Shown: positions 38,528 to 44,411 of the stretch, piece after piece
Layout of the letters: the number at the start of each line of letters is the position of its first letter
Numbering within the stretch: position 1 is the first letter of the stretch
Source of the DNA: a virus
Lineage: Duplodnaviria > Heunggongvirae > Uroviricota > Caudoviricetes
Strand: one strand, 5' to 3'
Length of the DNA: 44,411 nucleotides
Virus record (IMG/VR): IMGVR_UViG_2711768022_000010
Notes under the pieces: generated by a model
What the model was told of the DNA's origin: nothing
The model's input: only the letters and a program-made list of their open reading frames with translations
Databases searched by the model: none
Made by a program: the position numbers and the translations under genes

Positions 38528-39225
38528 TGCAGGACATACAACAGGAAACGCTGAATGAATGCATTCGTGCGGAGCAGTCGGCCAGCGTGGTGCTCTGGGA
38601 AATCGACCTGACCGAGGTAGGCGGGGATCGCTACTTTTTCTGCAATGAGCAGAACGAGAAAGGAGAGTCTGTCACCTGGCAGAGTCGGCAGTATCAGGCC
38701 TATCCCATTCAGGGGAGTGGATTTGAGATGAACGGCAAAGGTGCCAGTGCAAGGCCAACGCTGAAAGTCTCTAATCTGCACGGCATGGTCACCGGGATGG
38801 CGGAAGACCTGCAGAGTCTGGTCGGCGGAACGGTGGTCAGGCGTAAGGTTTACGCCCGTTTTCTGGATGCGGTGAACTTCGTCAACGGAAACAGTGACGC
38901 CGATCCGGAGCAGGAGGTGATCAGCCGCTGGCGTATTGAGCAGTGCAGCGAACTGAGCGCGGTCAGTGCCTCCTTTGTACTGTCCACGCCGACGGAAACG
39001 GACGGCGCTGTTTTTCCGGGGCGCATCATGCTTGCTAATACCTGCACCTGGACCTATCGCGGTGATGAGTGCGGTTATCACGGTCCGGCTGTCGCGGATG
39101 AATATGACCAGCCAACGTCCGATATCACGAAGGATAAATGCAGCAAATGCCTGAGCGGTTGTAAGTTCCGCAATAACGTCGGCAACTTTGGCGGCTTCCT
39201 TTCCATTAACAAACTTTCGCAGTAA
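38527..39225 (+). CDS. L: Minor tail protein L
   Basis: 232 aa, same length as lambda gpL; Cys cluster near C-terminus. Confidence 0.88.
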   Translation: MQDIQQETLNECIRAEQSASVVLWEIDLTEVGGDRYFFCNEQNEKGESVTWQSRQYQAYPIQGSGFEMNGKGASARPTLKVSNLHGMVTGMAEDLQSLVGGTVVRRKVYARFLDAVNFVNGNSDADPEQEVISRWRIEQCSELSAVSASFVLSTPTETDGAVFPGRIMLANTCTWTYRGDECGYHGPAVADEYDQPTSDITKDKCSKCLSGCKFRNNVGNFGGFLSINKLSQ

Positions 39226-39230
39226 ATCCC

Positions 39231-39974
39231 ATGACACAGACAGAATCAGCGATTCTGGCGCACGCCCGGCGATGTGCGCCAGCGGAGTCGTGCGGCTTCG
39301 TGGTGAGAACACCGGAGGGGGAAAGATATTTTCCCTGCGTGAATATTTCCGGTGAGCCGGAGGAGTATTTCCGGATGGCTCCGGAGGACTGGCTGCAGGC
39401 AGAGATGCAGGGTGAGATTGTGGCGCTGGTCCACAGCCACCCCGGTGGTCTGCCCTGGCTGAGTGAGGCCGACCGGCGGCTGCAGGTGCAGAGTGATTTG
39501 TCGTGGTGGCTGGTCTGCCGCGGGGCGATTCACAAGTTCCGCTGTGTGCCGCATCTCACCGGGCGGCGCTTTGAGCACGGGGTGACGGACTGTTACACGC
39601 TGTTCCGGGACGCTTACCATCTGGCGGGAATTGAGATGCCAGATTTTCATCGTGAGGACGACTGGTGGCGTAATGGTCAGAATCTCTATCTGGATAATCT
39701 GGAGGCTACAGGGCTGTATCAGGTGCCGTTGTCAACGGCGCAGCCGGGCGATGTGCTGCTGTGCTGTTTTGGTTCATCGGTGCCGAATCATGCCGCCATT
39801 TACTGTGGTGACGGCGAGCTGCTGCACCATATTCCTGAACAACTGAGCAAACGAGAGAGGTATACCGACAAATGGCAGCGACGCACACACTCCCTCTGGC
39901 GTCACCGGGCATGGCACGCATCTGCCTTTACGGGGATTTGCAGCGATTTGGCCGCCGCATCGACCTTCGTGTGA
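39231..39974 (+). CDS. K: Tail assembly protein K (JAB/MPN + NlpC/P60-like)
   Basis: MTQTESAILAHARRCAPAESCGFVV... with HSHP metal-binding motif; near-identical to recalled lambda gpK; overlaps I. Confidence 0.85.
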   Translation: MTQTESAILAHARRCAPAESCGFVVRTPEGERYFPCVNISGEPEEYFRMAPEDWLQAEMQGEIVALVHSHPGGLPWLSEADRRLQVQSDLSWWLVCRGAIHKFRCVPHLTGRRFEHGVTDCYTLFRDAYHLAGIEMPDFHREDDWWRNGQNLYLDNLEATGLYQVPLSTAQPGDVLLCCFGSSVPNHAAIYCGDGELLHHIPEQLSKRERYTDKWQRRTHSLWRHRAWHASAFTGICSDLAAASTFV

Positions 39975-40519
39975 AAACGGGGGCCGAAGCCATCCGGGCA
40001 CTGGCCACACAGCTCCCGGCATTTCGTCAGAAACTGAGCGACGGCTGGTATCAGGTGCGCATTGCCGGGCGTGATGCAGGCGAAAATGAATTATCTGCCC
40101 GTCTTAATGAACCGCTGGCAAATGGTGCCGTGATCCACATCGTTCCGCGTCTGGCGGGTGCCAAAAGTGGCGGTGTGTTTCAGGCGGTGCTGGGTGCGGC
40201 GCTGATTGCGGTGGCATGGTGGAACCCTGTGGGCTGGCTGGGGGCCGCGGCTGTATCGGGTATGTATGCAGCAGGGGCCAGTATGATCCTGGGTGGTGTG
40301 GCGCAGATGCTGGCACCGAAAGCCAGGACGCCCACGGCAGCCAGTACAGATAACGGCAAACAGAACACGTATTTCTCGTCACTGGATAACATGGTTGCCC
40401 AGGGTAATGTTCTGCCTGTTCTGTACGGGGAAATGCGCGTGGGGTCACGTGTGGTTTCTCAGGAGATCAGCACGGCAGACGAAGGGGATGGTGGTCAGGT
40501 TGTGGTGATTGGTCGCTGA
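39872..40519 (+). CDS. I: Tail assembly protein I
   Basis: MAATHTLPLASPGMARICLYGDLQRFGRRIDLRVKTGAEAIRALATQLPAFRQK... matches recalled lambda gpI. Confidence 0.85.
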   Translation: MAATHTLPLASPGMARICLYGDLQRFGRRIDLRVKTGAEAIRALATQLPAFRQKLSDGWYQVRIAGRDAGENELSARLNEPLANGAVIHIVPRLAGAKSGGVFQAVLGAALIAVAWWNPVGWLGAAAVSGMYAAGASMILGGVAQMLAPKARTPTAASTDNGKQNTYFSSLDNMVAQGNVLPVLYGEMRVGSRVVSQEISTADEGDGGQVVVIGR

Positions 40520-40537
40520 TGCAAAATGTTTTATGAG

Positions 40538-40560
40538 AAACCGCCTGCGGGCGGTTTTGT
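40538..40560 (+). terminator. Terminator-like hairpin between I and J
   Basis: AAACCGCC-TGCG-GGCGGTTT hairpin followed by TGTCGTTT; U-tract is interrupted, so termination is likely weak. Confidence 0.4.
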
Positions 40561-40579
40561 CGTTTATGGAGCGTGAGGA

Positions 40580-43500
40580 ATGGGTAAAGGCAGCAGTAAG
40601 GGGCATACCCCGCGCGAAGCGAAGGACAACCTGAAGTCCACGCAGCTGCTGAGTGTGATCGATGCCATCAGTGAAGGGCCGGTTGAAGGTCCGGTGGATG
40701 GATTAAAAAGCGTGCTGCTGAACAGTACGCCGGTGCTGGACAATGAGGGGAATACCAACATCTCCGGCGTCACGGTGGTGTTCCGGGCAGGTGAGCAGGA
40801 GCAGTCACCGCCGGAGGGATTTGAATCCTCCGGCTCCGAGACGGTGCTGGGTACGGAAGTGAAATATGACACGCCGATCACCCGGACCATCACGTCGGCA
40901 AACATCGACCGTCTGCGCTTTACCTTCGGTGTACAGGCACTGGTGGAAACCACCTCAAAGGGAGACAGGAATCCGTCGGAAGTCCGCCTGCTGGTTCAGA
41001 TACAGCGTAACGGTGGCTGGGTGACGGAAAAAGACATCACCATTAAGGGCAAAACCACCTCGCAGTATCTGGTCTCGGTGGTGGTGGATAACCTGCCGCC
41101 GCGCCCGTTTAATATCCGGATGCGCAGAATGACGCCGGAGATGTTGGTATTCCCCTCATTGTCCAGCACCGGCGTACTGTTCAGCAGCACGCTTTTTAAT
41201 CCATCCACCGGACCTTCAACCGGCCCTTCACTGATGGCATCGANNNNNNNNNNNNNNNNNNNNNNNNNNNNNNNNNNNNNNNNNNNNNNNNNNNNNNNNN
41301 NNNNNNNNNNNNNNNNNNNNNNNNNNNNNNNNNNNNNNNNNNNNNNNNNNNNNNNNNNNNNNNNNNNNNNNNNNNNNNNNNNNNNNNNNNNNNNNNNNNN
41401 NNNNNNNNNGGTGGATGGATTAAAAAGCGTGCTGCTGAACAGTACGCCGGTGCTGGACAATGAGGGGAATACCAACATCTCCGGCGTCACGGTGGTGTTC
41501 CGGGCAGGTGAGCAGGAGCAGTCACCGCCGGAGGGGTTTGAATCCTCCGGCTCCGAGACGGTGCTGGGTACGGAAGTGAAATATGACACGCCGATCACCC
41601 GGACCATCACGTCGGCAAACATCGACCGTCTGCGCTTTACCTTCGGTGTACAGGCACTGGTGGAAACCACCTCGCAGTATCTGGCCTCGGTGGTGGTGGA
41701 TAACCTGCCGCCGCGCCCGTTTAATATCCGGATGCGCAGGATGACACCGGACAGCACCACAGACCAGCTGCAGAACAAAACGCTCTGGTCGTCATACACC
41801 GAAATCATCGATGTGAAACAGTGCTACCCGAACACTGCACTGGTCGGCGTACAGGTGGACTCGGAGCAGTTCGGCAGCCAGCAGGTGAGTCGTAATTATC
41901 ATCTTCGCGGGCGCATTCTGCAGGTGCCGTCGAACTATAACCCGCAGACGCGACAATACAGCGGTATCTGGGACGGAACGTTAAAACCAGCATACAGCAA
42001 CAACATGGCCTGGTGTCTGTGGGATATGCTGACCCACCCGCGCTACGGCATGGGGAAACGTCTTGGTGCGGCGGATGTGGACAAATGGGCGCTGTATGTC
42101 ATCGGCCAGTACTGCGACCAGTCAGTGCCGGACGGCTTTGGCGGCACGGAGCCGCGCATCACCTGTAATGCGTACCTGACCACACAGCGCAAGGCGTGGG
42201 ATGTGCTCAGTGATTTCTGCTCGGCGATGCGCTGTATGCCGGTATGGAACGGGCAGACGCTGACGTTCGTGCAGGACCGACCGTCGGATAAGGTGTGGAC
42301 CTATAACCGCAGTAATGTGGTGATGCCGGATGATGGCGCGCCGTTCCGCTACAGCTTCAGCGCCCTGAAAGACCGCCATAATGCCGTTGAGGTGAACTGG
42401 ATTGACCCGGATAACGGCTGGGAGACGGCGACAGAGCTTGTGGAGGATACGCAGGCCATTGCCCGTTACGGTCGTAACGTCACGAAGATGGATGCTTTTG
42501 GCTGTACCAGCCGGGGGCAGGCACACCGCGCCGGGCTGTGGCTGATTAAAACAGAACTGCTGGAAACGCAGACCGTGGACTTCAGCGTGGGCGCAGAAGG
42601 GCTTCGCCATGTGCCGGGCGATGTCATTGAAATCTGTGATGATGACTATGCGGGTATCAGCATCGGCGGGCGCGTGCTGGCGGTAAACAGCCAGACCCGG
42701 ACGCTGACGCTCGACCGTGAAATCACGCTGCCATCCTCCGGTACCATGCTGATAAGCCTGGTTGACGGAAGTGGCAATCCGGTCAGCGTGGAGGTTCAGT
42801 CCGTCACCGACGGCGTGAAGGTGAAAGTGAGCCGTGTTCCTGACGGCGTTGCTGAATACAGCGTGTGGGGGCTGAAGCTGCCGACGTTGCGCCAGCGCCT
42901 GTTCCGCTGTGTGAGTANNNNNNNNNNNNNNNNNNNNNNNNNNNNNNNNNNNNNNNNNNNNNNNNNNNNNNNNNNNNNNNNNNNNNNNNNNNNNNNNNNN
43001 NNNNNNNNNNNNNNNNNNNNNNNNNNNNNNNNNNNNNNNNNNNNNNNNNNNNNNNNNNNNNNNNNNNNNNNNNNNNNNNNNNNNNNNNNNNNNNNNNNNN
43101 NNNNNNNNNNNNNNNNNNNNNNNNNNNNNNNNNNNNNNNNNNNNNNNNNNNNNNNNNNNNNNNNNNNNNNNGCTGACAGTCCGGGCGGTAAATGCCTGGG
43201 GACAGCAGGGCGATCCGGCGTCGGTATCGTTCAGGATTGCCGCACCGGTAGCACCGTCGCGGATTGAGCTGACGCCGGGCTATTTTCAGATAACTGCCAC
43301 GCCGCATCTTGCGGTTTATGATCCGACGGTACAGTTTGAGTTCTGGTTCTCGGAAACGCGGATTACCGATATCAGGCAGGTTGAAACCACAGCCCGCTAC
43401 CTTGGCGCGGGGCTGTACTGGATAGCCGCCAGTATCAATATCAAACCGGGCCATGATTATTACTTTTATATCCGCAGTGTGAACACCGTTGGCAAATCGG

Positions 43501-44411
43501 CATTCGTGGAGGCCGTCGGTCGGGCGAGCGATGATGCGGAAGGTTACCTGGATTTTTTCAAAGGCAAGATAACCGAATCCCATCTCGGTAAAGAGCTGCT
43601 GGAAAAAGTTGATCTGACGGAGGATAACGCCAGCAGACTGGATGAGTTTTCGAAAGAGTGGAAGGACGCTAACGATAAATGGAATGCGATGTGGGGCGTC
43701 AAAATTGAGCAGACCAAAGACGGCAAACATTATGTCGCGGGTATTGGCCTCAGCATGGAGGACACGGAGGAAGGCAAGCTGAGCCAGTTTCTGGTTGCCG
43801 CCAATCGTATCGCGTTTATTGACCCGGCAAACGGGAATGAAACGCCGATGTTTGTGGCGCAGGGCAACCAGATATTCATGAACGACGTGTTCCTGAAGCG
43901 CCTGACAGCCCCCGCCATTACCAGCGGTGGCAGTCCTCCGGTATTTTCCCTGACATCAGACGGAAAGCTGACCGCTAAAAATGCGGATATCAGTGGTAGT
44001 GTGAATGCGAACTCAGGAACGCTCAACAATGTCACGATTAACCAGAACTGTACGATTAAGGGCATGCTGGAGGCGACCCAGGTCAGAGGGGATTTCGTTA
44101 AAGCTGTATCAAAAGCCTTCCCGAAAAAAGTCGGTACGTGGGGTAACACGGAAACACCAGACGGTACGGTTACAGTCACCATCAGCGATGATCATAACTT
44201 TGACCGCCAGATTATTATTCCGCCCATTATTTTTAACGGTATAGCGTATGACGATCCGGGGAGCGGAAATAACCCGGGAGGCACGCGATACACGGGTTAT
44301 GGTTTTGAAGTTCGCAAAAACGGCGTATTAATCGCATCCAGAGAAACTAAAGGGGCCATTCCCGGTAGTTACAGTGCAGTTATTGATATGCCTAGTGGTG
44401 GTGGTAGCGTC
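40580..44411 (+). CDS. J: Tail tip / host specificity protein J (central tail fibre); 3'-partial at window edge; interrupted by two N-gaps and duplicated sequence
   Basis: [33 protein letters not shown]... and downstream blocks match recalled lambda gpJ through to the window end; frame changes across the gaps at 41244-41409 and 42918-43171. Confidence 0.85.
41131..41243. repeat. Inverted duplicate of J positions 40659-40771, abutting the N-gap
   Basis: 41131-41243 is the reverse complement of 40659-40771 (for example GACGCCGGAGATGTTGGTATTCCCC versus GGGGAATACCAACATCTCCGGCGTC). Confidence 0.9.
41244..41409. other. Assembly gap (166 N) inside J
   Basis: Run of n characters flanked by duplicated J sequence. 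Confidence 0.99.
41410..41745. repeat. Direct duplicate of J positions about 40693-41130 (with a 102-nt internal deletion and a few SNPs)
   Basis: Sequence after the gap restarts at GGTGGATGGATTAAAAAGCGTGCTG, identical to 40693 onward; differs at a few bases and lacks the segment encoding [34 protein letters not shown]. Confidence 0.85.
42918..43171. other. Assembly gap (254 N) inside J
   Basis: Run of n characters; J frame differs on either side. Confidence 0.99.

Noticed and set aside
40564-41808. Minus-strand ORFs 40564..40953 and 40996..41808 with Thr/Ser/Pro-rich translations
   Set aside because: Antisense to J and spanning the duplicated/gap region; their apparent repetitiveness reflects the assembly duplication.
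42804-44182. Minus-strand ORFs 42804..43730 and 43730..44182
   Set aside because: Antisense to the J coding sequence, which is confidently identified on the plus strand; one spans an N-gap.
1-44411. CRISPR arrays or IS elements
   Set aside because: No regularly spaced direct repeats with unique spacers, and no transposase-like ORF with terminal inverted repeats, were seen by eye; the only large repeats are the J duplications attributed to misassembly.

Overview
The window is almost entirely one Rac-type lambdoid prophage from an E. coli-like genome, read by eye from the sequence and the supplied ORF track. It starts exactly at the integrase stop codon and ends inside the J tail-tip gene, so no att site is visible. 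Gene order (left to right): integration and early-left genes on the minus strand (intR, xis, ydaC, ralR, recT, recE, racC, ydaE, kilR), sieB, ydaF/ydaG, the racR / ydaS-ydaT immunity switch, replication genes (ydaU, ydaV, ydaW-like), a visibly AT-rich accessory island of about 4 kb (11.8-15.7 kb), a nin-like/Q region, two lipoprotein morons, a phage-21-type lysis cassette, the AT-rich trkG moron, then packaging, head and lambda-like tail genes (G/GT, tape measure, M, L, K, I, J). Unlike the K-12 Rac remnant this copy keeps the late genes. Three N-runs are assembly gaps, in the endolysin and twice in J, and J also carries duplicated sequence that looks like an assembly artefact. The best candidates for something undescribed are (1) a tightly linked two-gene cassette in the AT-rich island whose first protein has a C-terminal RNxxxH (HEPN-like) motif, and (2) two tandem lipoproteins between Q and the holin whose C-terminal domains closely resemble TolA domain III. 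Protein identities rest on recalled reference sequences and visible motifs; nothing was searched or computed, and no GC values were calculated.
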